NCBI GenBank assembly: GCA_030647115.1
Contig: JAUSJZ010000040.1
Span: forward strand, 1 to 56,874
DNA length: 56,874 nucleotides
DNA from: a bacterium
Lineage (GTDB): Bacteria > Patescibacteriota > UBA1384 > CAILIB01 > JAUSJZ01
Direction of reading: 5' to 3'
The notes under the pieces were generated by a model that worked only from the letters and a program-made list of their open reading frames with translations, had not been told where the DNA came from and did no database searches. A program made the translations under genes and the position numbers. Positions within the stretch are counted from its first letter, which is position 1; the number at the start of each line of letters is the position of its first letter. This document shows, piece by piece, positions 1 to 7,942 of the stretch.

Positions 1-791
1 CCGGTGCCGTGTTCGTTCACCTTAATGGCCTGTTCGGTGCGATAGAAACGCTCAAAGATGCGATCCATATTGGCCGGCTCAATGCCCATACCGTGATCGG
101 CCACCGCAATTTGCACCTCGTTGCGTACACGGGTAATGATAACTTGGATCTCGCTACCGTGAGGTGAGTACTGAATGGCGTTATCCACCAAATTAGCGAT
201 GTCGTGTTTCAAAAAGATGCGGTCGGCTTTGATTTTAGCGCCGGCCTCGGCCTCATGTATCACTATCTTAATCTGATGTTGGTCAGCCACGGCCTGATAT
301 TCGGCCAGCATCTCTTTAACCAAGGTATTAACATCGATGGTATCGAAAGTCAGATAGCTCTGGCCATCGCCGGAAGTTAGTTTAAAGATGTGGCTCAAAT
401 CTTCGACGGTGTGGTACATCACCTGACAAGAGGCGATAATCTGTTCCAGTCTTTGCCGTTCTTTGTCAGTCAGTTCCGGATTATTTAAAATTGATTCGGC
501 CGACCAACGAATTAAGGCTAGCGGCGTTTTGAGCTGATGCGCCACCAGTGACAAGATCTCGGTCTTGTCTCTTTCGGCCCGTTGGAGACTTTTGATGTGT
601 TTAAGTGCTTCGAGTCGACGGTGATGATTATGTCGCAACCGAGTAGAGTAGATCATTAAAATTATCAGGGTAATCGTTACCGACACCACCGCCACTACCG
701 TGTGGCTGACCATTGTCGGCGAAAGCACTAACAAGACCAACAGCCCAATTGCTACGGCAATTACTGTCAGGTTGAGAGTACGCAGTTTCAT
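1..791 (-). CDS. Sensor histidine kinase (two N-terminal TM helices, HisKA + HATPase_c), truncated by the window edge
   Basis: Not in the ORF track; translated by hand from ATG at 791. MKLRTLNLTVIAVAIGLLVLLVLS..., H-box LVAHQLKTPL, N-box ANLVDNAIQYS, G1/F/G2 boxes VADHGMGI..IFERFYR..EHGTG running off position 1. Confidence 0.92.
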   Translation of the reverse strand, partial: MKLRTLNLTVIAVAIGLLVLLVLSPTMVSHTVVAVVSVTITLIILMIYSTRLRHNHHRRLEALKHIKSLQRAERDKTEILSLVAHQLKTPLALIRWSAESILNNPELTDKERQRLEQIIASCQVMYHTVEDLSHIFKLTSGDGQSYLTFDTIDVNTLVKEMLAEYQAVADQHQIKIVIHEAEAGAKIKADRIFLKHDIANLVDNAIQYSPHGSEIQVIITRVRNEVQIAVADHGMGIEPANMDRIFERFYRTEQAIKVNEHGT

Positions 792-835
792 TAGATTTAT
801 TGTATCAGTATCGACCACCCGCACGGCAGACGAAC

Positions 836-858
836 AAAAAATGACCTTGGTAGGCCAT
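836..858 (-). terminator. Probable intrinsic terminator downstream of tRNA-Lys
   Basis: Minus strand AUGGCCU-ACCA-AGGUCAU stem-loop followed by UUUUU. Confidence 0.55.
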
Positions 859-945
859 CTATACTGACGCGGCATAGCCGCTGTAATACGTAATTGATAC
901 TGATTGCTTCATACAGTACGTATTGTGCAAATTGTTGGTTCCGGG

Positions 946-972
946 TGTGAAATGACATTTAGTCATTTCACA
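946..972. repeat. Perfect 11-bp inverted repeat abutting the tRNA-Lys 3' end
   Basis: TGTGAAATGAC (946-956), 5-nt loop, GTCATTTCACA (962-972). Confidence 0.7.
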
Positions 973-1048
973 TGGTGGATCGCCCGGGACTTGAACCCGG
1001 AACCACTGGCTTAAAAGGCCATTGCTCTACCAATTGAGCTAGCGATCC
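973..1048 (-). tRNA. tRNA-Lys (anticodon UUU), CCA encoded
   Basis: Reverse complement GGATCGCTAGCTCAATTGGTAGAGCAATGGCCTTTTAAGCCAGTGGTTCCGGGTTCAAGTCCCGGGCGATCCACCA is a 76-nt cloverleaf with anticodon loop CTTTTAA and T-loop TTCAAGT. Confidence 0.97.
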
Positions 1049-1066
1049 AAATTATATAATGTTCTT

Positions 1067-1112
1067 TAGCTCAATTGGTACGCGGAGCGGCCACCAATTG
1101 AACTAGCGATCC
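1067..1112. repeat. Inverted (14 nt) and direct (20 nt, 1 mismatch) copies of the tRNA-Lys 5' end
   Basis: 1093-1112 ACCAATTGAACTAGCGATCC matches 1029-1048 ACCAATTGAGCTAGCGATCC. 1067-1080 TAGCTCAATTGGTA is the reverse complement of 1028-1041. Confidence 0.85.
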
Positions 1113-1132
1113 TTAATGGGAAACCAAAACTT

Positions 1133-1161
1133 ACTCTAGCTTAGCTTCAGATTGGCGTCAA
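1133..1161 (-). promoter_or_regulatory. Sigma70-type promoter for tRNA-Lys
   Basis: Minus strand TTGACG-17 nt-TAGAGT. Confidence 0.6.
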
Positions 1162-1177
1162 GGCAATCACCAGTCAG

Positions 1178-1495
1178 CTAACCCAACCTTAGCAACAGCA
1201 AATAAGTTAACAGATCGACAACTATAGTGAGAACCAAAATATTTTTTATGAATGATCCTGTTGTTATTGGACGATGTGTTATCGTATACAAACCCTTAAC
1301 AAATATGGCACTCGCAATGATATTTAAGAAAACAGTAATGGAAAGAACCCACAGTACTGCTTCTGTCATCGAATCCCCTACCTTCGAATCAAATGATAAA
1401 AGAAAAAGCCCAGCGGTAAAGTACAAAACAAGCAAGTAGGCCAGCAAACCAACAGCCAACATCAGTGAACCCATACAGCTAATTTTTTTATTCAT
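1178..1495 (-). CDS. Hypothetical small membrane protein (about 3 TM helices)
   Basis: 105-aa hydrophobic, AT-rich ORF co-oriented with its neighbours. Confidence 0.6.
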   Translation of the reverse strand: MNKKISCMGSLMLAVGLLAYLLVLYFTAGLFLLSFDSKVGDSMTEAVLWVLSITVFLNIIASAIFVKGLYTITHRPITTGSFIKNILVLTIVVDLLTYLLLLRLG

Positions 1496-1521
1496 TCGAT
1501 ATATTACCCTTACTTTTTAAA

Positions 1522-2022
1522 CTAATACTCGTCTTTGGCGTGCAGCGAGGAGTAAAGAATCAAAATAACGGGCAACAGAATTAAGAGGTTGTGATAGCGT
1601 CCCAAATATTCGGCGATAACGGCCCGATTGCCCAACAGCTGCTTCTGTTCGTCGTTCATAAAAGTGACGACAGATGACAGCACAAAGGCGATGGTGAAAA
1701 AGGCGTGGCCCAACGTCTCAAACTCGGGTATTCGTTTGCGTTTGGATGACGGTATCAAAGCCGTCAGTAACAGCCACAAGATGACCAGCAGACACGATTT
1801 CACCGCAAATTCGGAGACCGATAGCGAGAAGGAGAAGCCAAAGACCGCCTGTTTGCCCGTTAATAAACCAAATAAATTAGGCCCCCAGGTGATGCTAACC
1901 AGATAAGCCGTGTAAGCCGCCAACAGAGCGCTCATGACCCGACTACGTAAGATCACGAAGGCGAAGGCGAGCCAGAGTACCACGAGAATTACCACAATAA
2001 TATCCCAACTAGGTAGGGTCAT
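1522..2022 (-). CDS. Hypothetical polytopic membrane protein
   Basis: 166 aa with about 5 hydrophobic segments; CATAAT -10 box 7 nt upstream of the ATG. Confidence 0.75.
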   Translation of the reverse strand: MTLPSWDIIVVILVVLWLAFAFVILRSRVMSALLAAYTAYLVSITWGPNLFGLLTGKQAVFGFSFSLSVSEFAVKSCLLVILWLLLTALIPSSKRKRIPEFETLGHAFFTIAFVLSSVVTFMNDEQKQLLGNRAVIAEYLGRYHNLLILLPVILILYSSLHAKDEY

Positions 2023-2067
2023 TTACCTTATTATGAGGCCTCAAAGAGGGTTTGCGCAAGCAGCCAA

Positions 2068-2682
2068 CTAGCGACCGATGTTTTTTAACTGCTCCCAGAG
2101 CGCCCGCTCGGTACGACTCATACGGTTACCGGTGGGCATGACAATGCGCACTACAATTTGGAGATCACCCCGGCCGCGATTATGGGCTTTACCCCGGCCG
2201 CGAAAGGTAAAAGCTTGGCCGTCTTGAGTACCGGGTGGGATAGTTAAGACAATCTTCTCTTCGCCGGTGCGTAGCTCCATCTTATCGCCCATGACGGCTT
2301 GGGCGGGTGAAATTTGGACTTCGGCCTGGATATTGGAGAAAGCGGCCCCAAAGATGTCGTCAAAGATGTCGCCTAGCCCCCCACCGGCGGTACCACCAGT
2401 GAAATCGAAACCAAAGCCACCGGCGCGACCGGCACCACCACCGAAGCCTCCAAAACCACCTGCTCCGGCCGGGCCACCATTACCGACGTGCCCGAACTGA
2501 TCGAACTGGTCGCGTTTCTGCGGGTCAGACAATATTTGATAGGCTTGATTGATCTCCTGAAACTGCTTCGCATCGCCACCCTTATCGGGGTGGTGCTGGT
2601 GCGAGAGTTTACGAAAGGCGCGCTTGATTTCGTCGGTCGAAGCGTCTTTCGCTACTCCTAAAGTTTCGTAGGGGTTCGGCAT
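2068..2682 (-). CDS. dnaJ: Short DnaJ-class co-chaperone (J domain, G/F region, one C-terminal domain, no zinc finger)
   Basis: [27 protein letters not shown] (HPD motif), G/F-rich linker, [17 protein letters not shown]; directly downstream of dnaK. Confidence 0.88.
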   Translation of the reverse strand: MPNPYETLGVAKDASTDEIKRAFRKLSHQHHPDKGGDAKQFQEINQAYQILSDPQKRDQFDQFGHVGNGGPAGAGGFGGFGGGAGRAGGFGFDFTGGTAGGGLGDIFDDIFGAAFSNIQAEVQISPAQAVMGDKMELRTGEEKIVLTIPPGTQDGQAFTFRGRGKAHNRGRGDLQIVVRIVMPTGNRMSRTERALWEQLKNIGR

Positions 2683-2685
2683 CAA

Positions 2686-4674
2686 TTACTCTTTTGGTTC
2701 GTCTTTTTTCGGTTCCTCTGGTTTGGTTGGTTCATCGGCTTTTTCACTATCAGCGCCAGCTTCAGCTGGTTTTTCGCCCGCTTGGCTCTCGCCGTCTTTG
2801 TTGTCGCCGTCTTTGCTTTCGTCAGCTTTATCGGCGTCTGCTTTATCACCCTCGGCCTGCTTCTCTTCGTAGAGGTGTTGACCGGCTTTTGATAACGCTT
2901 CGGACAGCGCTTCGGTCTTGGCTTTAATCTCATCTAGGTTATCGGAGTTCTTGGCGTTCTGCAACGCACTGACCGCATCTTCAACCGCCCGCACGTCTTC
3001 AGGCTTCAGTTTCTCTTTGTTCTCTTTGAGGGTCTTCTCGGCCGTGTGGATTAAACTCTCGGCCATATTTTTAGCTTCGACTGACTCGCGCTTGCTCTTG
3101 TCTTCATCGGCGTGTTGGGCAGCATCGGCGCGCATCCGTTCAATCTCTTCGGTTGAGAGACCACTGGAACCCTGAATAGTGATCTTCTGCTCTTTATTGG
3201 TGGCCTTGTCGGTAGCGGTGACGTGTAAGATGCCGTCGGCATCGATATCAAAAGTTACCTCTACTTGAGGGACACCGCGCGGAGCCGGCGGGATACCGTC
3301 GAGTACAAACTGGCCGAGACTGCGGTTATCGCTCGACATCTCACGCTCACCCTGTAAAACGCGAATCTCAACCTGCGGTTGATTATCAGAAGCCGTCGAG
3401 AAGATCTGGGAGTGCTTGGTCGGAATAGTAGTATTGGCTTCAATTAATTTAGCCATCACACCGCCGAGCGTTTCAATACCCAACGAGAGCGGCGTTACAT
3501 CGAGCAACAGTACGTCTTTGACATCACCGGCGAGCACACCCGCTTGAATGGCGGCCCCTAAAGCGACCGCTTCATCGGGGTTGACGCTCTTATTCGGCTC
3601 TTTGCCGAAAAACTCTTTGACTTTGGCCTGTACCAGTGGCATGCGAGTCTGACCGCCGACCAGAATAATTTCGTTGATGTCTTTGGCTTCTAGTTTGGCC
3701 GCTTTGATGGCGGCGCGGCAAGGGGTAATAGTGCGTTCAACCAGAGCGTCGGTCAGTTTCTCAAATTCGGCTCGGGTTACTTTCATAACCAAGTGCTTGG
3801 GTCCTTCGGCGTCGGCCGTGATAAAGGGCAGGTTAATCTCGGTCTCGAGTGAGGAGCTTAACTCGACCTTGGCTTTTTCGGCCGCCTCTTTGATACGCTG
3901 CACGGCATCGGGCTGTTTGGTTAAATCCAAACCTTCATGTTTTTTAAATTCGGCGAGAATGTGATCCATCAAAACCTGGTCAAAGTCATCGCCACCCAAA
4001 TGGGTGTCGCCGTTGGTGGATAACACCTCAAAGCTGGAGCCCTCTTCGCCGGCGCCGATATCCAAAATAGTGATGTCAAAAGTACCGCCACCTAAGTCGT
4101 AGACGGCCACTTTTTCTTCTTTTTTGCGCTCCAAACCATAGGCCAGAGCGGCCGCGGTCGGCTCGTTGATGATGCGCTTAACCTCTAAACCGGCAATCTT
4201 ACCGGCATCTTTGGTACTCTGGCGCTGGCTGTCGTTGAAGTAGGCCGGCACGGTGATAACGGCTTCGGTCACCTTTTCACCGAGGTAGGCTTCGGCATCG
4301 GCCTTTAATTTACCCAAGATGAAAGCGGAGATCTCTTCGGGGCTGTAGTTTTTGTCGCCCATTTTGACCTCAATGGCCCCGTTTTTGCCTTCAGAAGTGG
4401 TGTAAGGGACGCGCTTAAAATCTTGCTGGGACTCTTCGTCTTTGAACTTACGGCCGATGAAACGCTTGACGGACGAGACGGTGTTTTGGGAGTTGGTCAC
4501 GGCCTGGCGTTTGGCAATCTGACCGACGACGCGCTCACCGTTTTTATTGACCGCCACAATTGAGGGGCAGGTATTAGCCCCTTCGGCGGTGGGGATAACT
4601 TTAGCGGTGCCGCCTTCCATAACGGCGACGACGGAGTTGGTTGTTCCTAGATCGATTCCAATTATTTTGCTCAT
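2686..4674 (-). CDS. dnaK: Chaperone DnaK (Hsp70)
   Basis: [56 protein letters not shown]; acidic disordered tail. Confidence 0.99.
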   Translation of the reverse strand: MSKIIGIDLGTTNSVVAVMEGGTAKVIPTAEGANTCPSIVAVNKNGERVVGQIAKRQAVTNSQNTVSSVKRFIGRKFKDEESQQDFKRVPYTTSEGKNGAIEVKMGDKNYSPEEISAFILGKLKADAEAYLGEKVTEAVITVPAYFNDSQRQSTKDAGKIAGLEVKRIINEPTAAALAYGLERKKEEKVAVYDLGGGTFDITILDIGAGEEGSSFEVLSTNGDTHLGGDDFDQVLMDHILAEFKKHEGLDLTKQPDAVQRIKEAAEKAKVELSSSLETEINLPFITADAEGPKHLVMKVTRAEFEKLTDALVERTITPCRAAIKAAKLEAKDINEIILVGGQTRMPLVQAKVKEFFGKEPNKSVNPDEAVALGAAIQAGVLAGDVKDVLLLDVTPLSLGIETLGGVMAKLIEANTTIPTKHSQIFSTASDNQPQVEIRVLQGEREMSSDNRSLGQFVLDGIPPAPRGVPQVEVTFDIDADGILHVTATDKATNKEQKITIQGSSGLSTEEIERMRADAAQHADEDKSKRESVEAKNMAESLIHTAEKTLKENKEKLKPEDVRAVEDAVSALQNAKNSDNLDEIKAKTEALSEALSKAGQHLYEEKQAEGDKADADKADESKDGDNKDGESQAGEKPAEAGADSEKADEPTKPEEPKKDEPKE

Positions 4675-4711
4675 AGTTTTTTGTTTATTGTTTGTTTATT
4701 TGGTTTTGGTT

Positions 4712-5080
4712 TTAAACGATCTCCATTGGTATACCACCTGGATTTAAGTCTTTAGGTTGACCTCTATAAAAATACTGTGTTGTTGCTGCCGAGGTCATAG
4801 TCTGGTTGACAACAGGATTATTCATCATCGAGTACTGTCTTGTTGGTGGATCATCATTTTCGGTTGAGTACGCTGGCCAAATGATAGATGGACTTAGATA
4901 GGCCAAATCACTATTGGCACTCCAATGCGCTACAACACTACTGATTGGGATTACTGCTTGTTCTTTATAATTTCTTGGCAACGCTGATTGAATCGTGCCT
5001 GAGATAACCGGCACGAGTGCTAATATAGCTAATTTTTTGTTACATTCTTTCATTAATTCTTGCATTGTGGATTTCTTCAT
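4712..5080 (-). CDS. Hypothetical protein between grpE and dnaK
   Basis: 122-aa AT-rich ORF filling the gap; its ATG overlaps the grpE stop region (5077-5080). Confidence 0.55.
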   Translation of the reverse strand: MKKSTMQELMKECNKKLAILALVPVISGTIQSALPRNYKEQAVIPISSVVAHWSANSDLAYLSPSIIWPAYSTENDDPPTRQYSMMNNPVVNQTMTSAATTQYFYRGQPKDLNPGGIPMEIV

Positions 5081-5526
5081 TTTGCATCCTTACCGGCGCT
5101 GACGATGACAGCCGCCGGTCGAATGACCGTGTCGTTCATGACGTAAGCCTGATTGATAACCTGGATAACGGTGTTTTCCGGTTGGTCGGACTGACGATGC
5201 TCGATGGCGTGTTGCGAGCCGGCATCAAACATCTCACCGACCTTGACCTCTTTAACGCTAACTCCTTGACGATTGAGCACCTCGAGCAGCTGTTTTTGGA
5301 TATAGGTGACGCCGGTTAACCAGTTACTATTCTGGTCGGCTTCGGGCACGTGTTGTAGGGCGCGGTCGAAGTTGTCGAGAACAGGTAGCAGATCGATAAT
5401 TAGCTCTTGGTTGGCGAACCGGGCAAATTCTCCCTTTTCGCGTTCGGTGCGCTTTTGCAGGTTAGCCAACTCGGCCTGGGCCCGTTTGAGTTGTTCAACG
5501 TGATCTGATTTCTTCTTTTTAACCAT
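5077..5526 (-). CDS. grpE: Nucleotide exchange factor GrpE (short N-terminus)
   Basis: LKRAQAELANLQKR, LLPVLDNFDRAL, GEMFD..HAI, YVMNDTVIRPAAVIVS; upstream of dnaK. Confidence 0.95.
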   Translation of the reverse strand: MVKKKKSDHVEQLKRAQAELANLQKRTEREKGEFARFANQELIIDLLPVLDNFDRALQHVPEADQNSNWLTGVTYIQKQLLEVLNRQGVSVKEVKVGEMFDAGSQHAIEHRQSDQPENTVIQVINQAYVMNDTVIRPAAVIVSAGKDAK

Positions 5527-5549
5527 GACTCAAAGTTAGTTAACTCCTC

Positions 5550-5579
5550 TAATGTAAAGGACACTTTACATTATGTCAA
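5550..5579 (-). promoter_or_regulatory. Sigma70-type promoter of the grpE-dnaK-dnaJ operon with an overlapping 10-4-10 dyad
   Basis: Minus strand TTGACA-17 nt-TACATT; perfect dyad TAATGTAAAG-GACA-CTTTACATTA at 5550-5573. Confidence 0.7.
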
Positions 5580-5587
5580 GAGGCCAA

Positions 5588-5677
5588 TCCAATGTTAGAC
5601 CCATCCTCTTCACCTCGCCTGGCTTCGCTACGCTATGCCGGGCTCGTGAGTGTTCATCGGATAGGTCTGACATTGGA
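5588..5677. repeat. About 90-nt nested hairpin (structured RNA or REP-like element) between the divergent grpE and comEC genes
   Basis: Outer arms TCCAATGTTAGACCCATCC / GGATAGGTCTGACATTGGA (17/19 Watson-Crick); inner arms TCAC/GTGA and GCCTGGC/GCCGGGC. Confidence 0.6.
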
Positions 5678-5733
5678 CTATACCTAACATTCTCGTCATC
5701 CTGTGTTCATCTGTACACTGTTTAAATCAGTAT

Positions 5734-7068
5734 GTGACCCGAATTCACTGGTTTGGTGTCGGCGTAGTCGCCGGCGTTATTTTAGGTTGGCCGCTGGCGG
5801 TGGTTTTTGGTTTGGCCGGTCTTATCAGCCTATTTTTTAAGTCAAAATCGCGCCTCATCTGGTCGTTACTGTTAGTCGGCTCCCTTTTAGGCCAATCAAG
5901 ACTCTGGCAGTACCACCAATCACTCTCGGCGCAAAATATAGCACCCGAACTGAATAAGGCACTTGCGGTGGTCATCGCTCCGCAAGACAACCGTGACGGT
6001 TACGGTTATCTGACCCTGCGGCTGCAGCGACCATTTACCGGTCAGCTGCGGGTCACCATCACCCCCTATGAACACTATCTGCCCGGTGATCTGCTCACAA
6101 TTTCGGGAGCCTCCCAGACACCGGCAATTATTGATGATGGAGCGAAAAGTTTTGATTACCCAACCTATCTGGCTCGGTTTGGCATTACCAAAGTAGTCAA
6201 ACGACCGCAACTGGTTAAAACAGGTACCGTTCAGCGCCGGTGGCTGGCATTACGCTGGCTAACCGGTTTCAGACAGTTTTTGGAACGTCACATCAATCTG
6301 ATGTTGCCCGAACCGGAGGCCGGTTTTCTGGCGGGGTTATTATTGGGCTCTAGGCGCGCTCTATCTGAAGGAACGCTCGCCAATCTCACCCAGACGGGTA
6401 CCATCCACATCATTGCGGTCTCGGGGGCTAACGTCGTGATAGTCGCCGGTATCTGTTTACAACTCTGCCGTCTCGTTACCGGCCACCGCTGGTGGTCTTT
6501 CTGGCTCACCTGGGGTGTTATCGGTGGTTTTGTCGTTTTGACGGGAGTCTCGGCGGCGGCGGTCAGAGGTGGACTCGTGGCCAGCCTGACCCTCATCGCC
6601 AGTCACACCGCGCGGGGGAACCAGAAACTACCGTTAATAATTCTACCGGCCGCCCTGACCCTACTGGCTAACCCCTACTTCAAATACGACATCGGTTGGC
6701 AGTTCTCGTTCGCCGCCTTCACCGGCATTGTGCTGGCCGCACCCGTTATTCAACAACTACTGCAACGTTGGCCCCGTTGCCCGCCCTTAATCGCTCAACC
6801 GCTTGTCGAAACCACTTCCGCCAACATCTTCTTGACGCCGGTTTTGATCTGGCAATTGAATGCCCTCTCGTTCAGTTCTTTTCTGATTAATCCGCTGGTT
6901 TTATGGCTCGTACCACTAGCCACTATGGCCGGAGCCGGCGGGTTGTTGGCTGGCTTCGTGCTGCCAAACACCCTGGTTCGGTTGATCGTTTGGCTGCCAC
7001 TGCACTTAATCTTACAAATAATCGCGTTCGGAGCGCGCCTGCCATGGTACGTCGATTGGTCATCTTAA
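5734..7068 (+). CDS. comEC: ComEC/Rec2 competence protein, membrane (DUF4131 + Competence) portion
   Basis: FDYPTYL, AGFLAGLLLGSR, TGTIHIIAVSGANV, SAAAVRGG, DIGWQFSFAA motifs. Confidence 0.92.
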   Translation: MTRIHWFGVGVVAGVILGWPLAVVFGLAGLISLFFKSKSRLIWSLLLVGSLLGQSRLWQYHQSLSAQNIAPELNKALAVVIAPQDNRDGYGYLTLRLQRPFTGQLRVTITPYEHYLPGDLLTISGASQTPAIIDDGAKSFDYPTYLARFGITKVVKRPQLVKTGTVQRRWLALRWLTGFRQFLERHINLMLPEPEAGFLAGLLLGSRRALSEGTLANLTQTGTIHIIAVSGANVVIVAGICLQLCRLVTGHRWWSFWLTWGVIGGFVVLTGVSAAAVRGGLVASLTLIASHTARGNQKLPLIILPAALTLLANPYFKYDIGWQFSFAAFTGIVLAAPVIQQLLQRWPRCPPLIAQPLVETTSANIFLTPVLIWQLNALSFSSFLINPLVLWLVPLATMAGAGGLLAGFVLPNTLVRLIVWLPLHLILQIIAFGARLPWYVDWSS

Positions 7069-7895
7069 TTATATTCCTGGCGCCGTTTTTAAGCTGGCGC
7101 TTCGGGCGGCCACAACCACAGCTAACCATGTTTGATGTTGGTCAGGGGCTCTCTGTTTTGGTTGAGGATGAGACCGGCTGGCAGCTGTTATTTGACGGCG
7201 GGCCGGACAATTCGGTGTTGGCTCAACTGGGAACAACCCTCGCCCCCACCGATGATTATATTGACGTGGTGGTCATCTCGCACCAGCACCGCGATCATTA
7301 TGTGGGGTTGATAGAAGTACTGCGGCGCTATCGAGTGGGGGAATTGTGGCTGACCAGAGCCGACAGTAAAGACCCGGCCTGGCAAGAATTGCTGGCCGTG
7401 GCCAAACAGAAACAGATTCCCCTGTTGGAGATTAAAGAGGGGATGCTACGTTATTTAGCTTCCGGTCGGGTTATTCGGGGCTATCATCCACCGGCCAATC
7501 CACGGGGTGATGAAGCTCACGACTACGCCGTCGTTCTGACCGTCGAACATCTCACCACTGAAGATTCACCTCTCGGCCCGTCAAAATTCAAGACTGATCT
7601 GGTATTAACCGGGGATGCCGAAGCCCGACACGAGCAGTATATCGGTCACTGTCAGATCAGCCGGGTTTTACCCTGCCCTACCACCGGTGCCATCTTACAG
7701 GCCGGCCACCACGGCTCCAAAACCTCTACCAGTGAGCCATGGCTGAAATTGTTGCAACCGAACGTGGTGCTGATAAGTGCCGGTCAAGACAATAGTTACG
7801 GGCACCCGCATCAAGAGGTCTTGGAACGGCTGGAGCGGCTCAAAATTAACTATCGGCGTACCGATCTTAACGGCACCATTAAAATACCGCTCTAA
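7044..7895 (+). CDS. ComEC-type metallo-beta-lactamase-fold nuclease domain, encoded as a separate gene
   Basis: FDVGQG, LFDGG, SHQHRDH, LTGD, GHHGSKTS, ISAG..NSYGHP. Start placed at ATG 7044 before a single TM helix; the ORF track starts at 6903. Confidence 0.9.
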   Translation: MVRRLVILIIFLAPFLSWRFGRPQPQLTMFDVGQGLSVLVEDETGWQLLFDGGPDNSVLAQLGTTLAPTDDYIDVVVISHQHRDHYVGLIEVLRRYRVGELWLTRADSKDPAWQELLAVAKQKQIPLLEIKEGMLRYLASGRVIRGYHPPANPRGDEAHDYAVVLTVEHLTTEDSPLGPSKFKTDLVLTGDAEARHEQYIGHCQISRVLPCPTTGAILQAGHHGSKTSTSEPWLKLLQPNVVLISAGQDNSYGHPHQEVLERLERLKINYRRTDLNGTIKIPL

Positions 7896-7942
7896 TCTGA
7901 TAACCTTGACCCGACCGACAGAAAAAGTTATAACTGTAACGT

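Noticed and set aside
2267-4747. Several short alternative-frame and antisense ORFs over dnaJ and dnaK (e.g. 2682-2933, 2918-3175, 3674-3964)
   Set aside because: Shadow ORFs of strongly conserved genes, with no start signals or motifs of their own.
5015-5023. GAGTGCTAA, an exact CIRCE right half-site upstream of dnaK
   Set aside because: No TTAGCACTC left arm 9 nt upstream, and it lies within a coding region; likely chance.
5588-5677. Possibility that the long hairpin is SRP RNA (ffs) or 6S RNA
   Set aside because: Lacks the SRP domain IV GGAA tetraloop and internal-loop consensus on either strand, and is too short for 6S RNA.
6903-7043. Longer start for the ComEC nuclease ORF, or a programmed frameshift joining the two halves
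   Set aside because: The extension is not protein-like, no obvious slippery run was seen, and ATG 7044 gives a clean TM-anchored protein.
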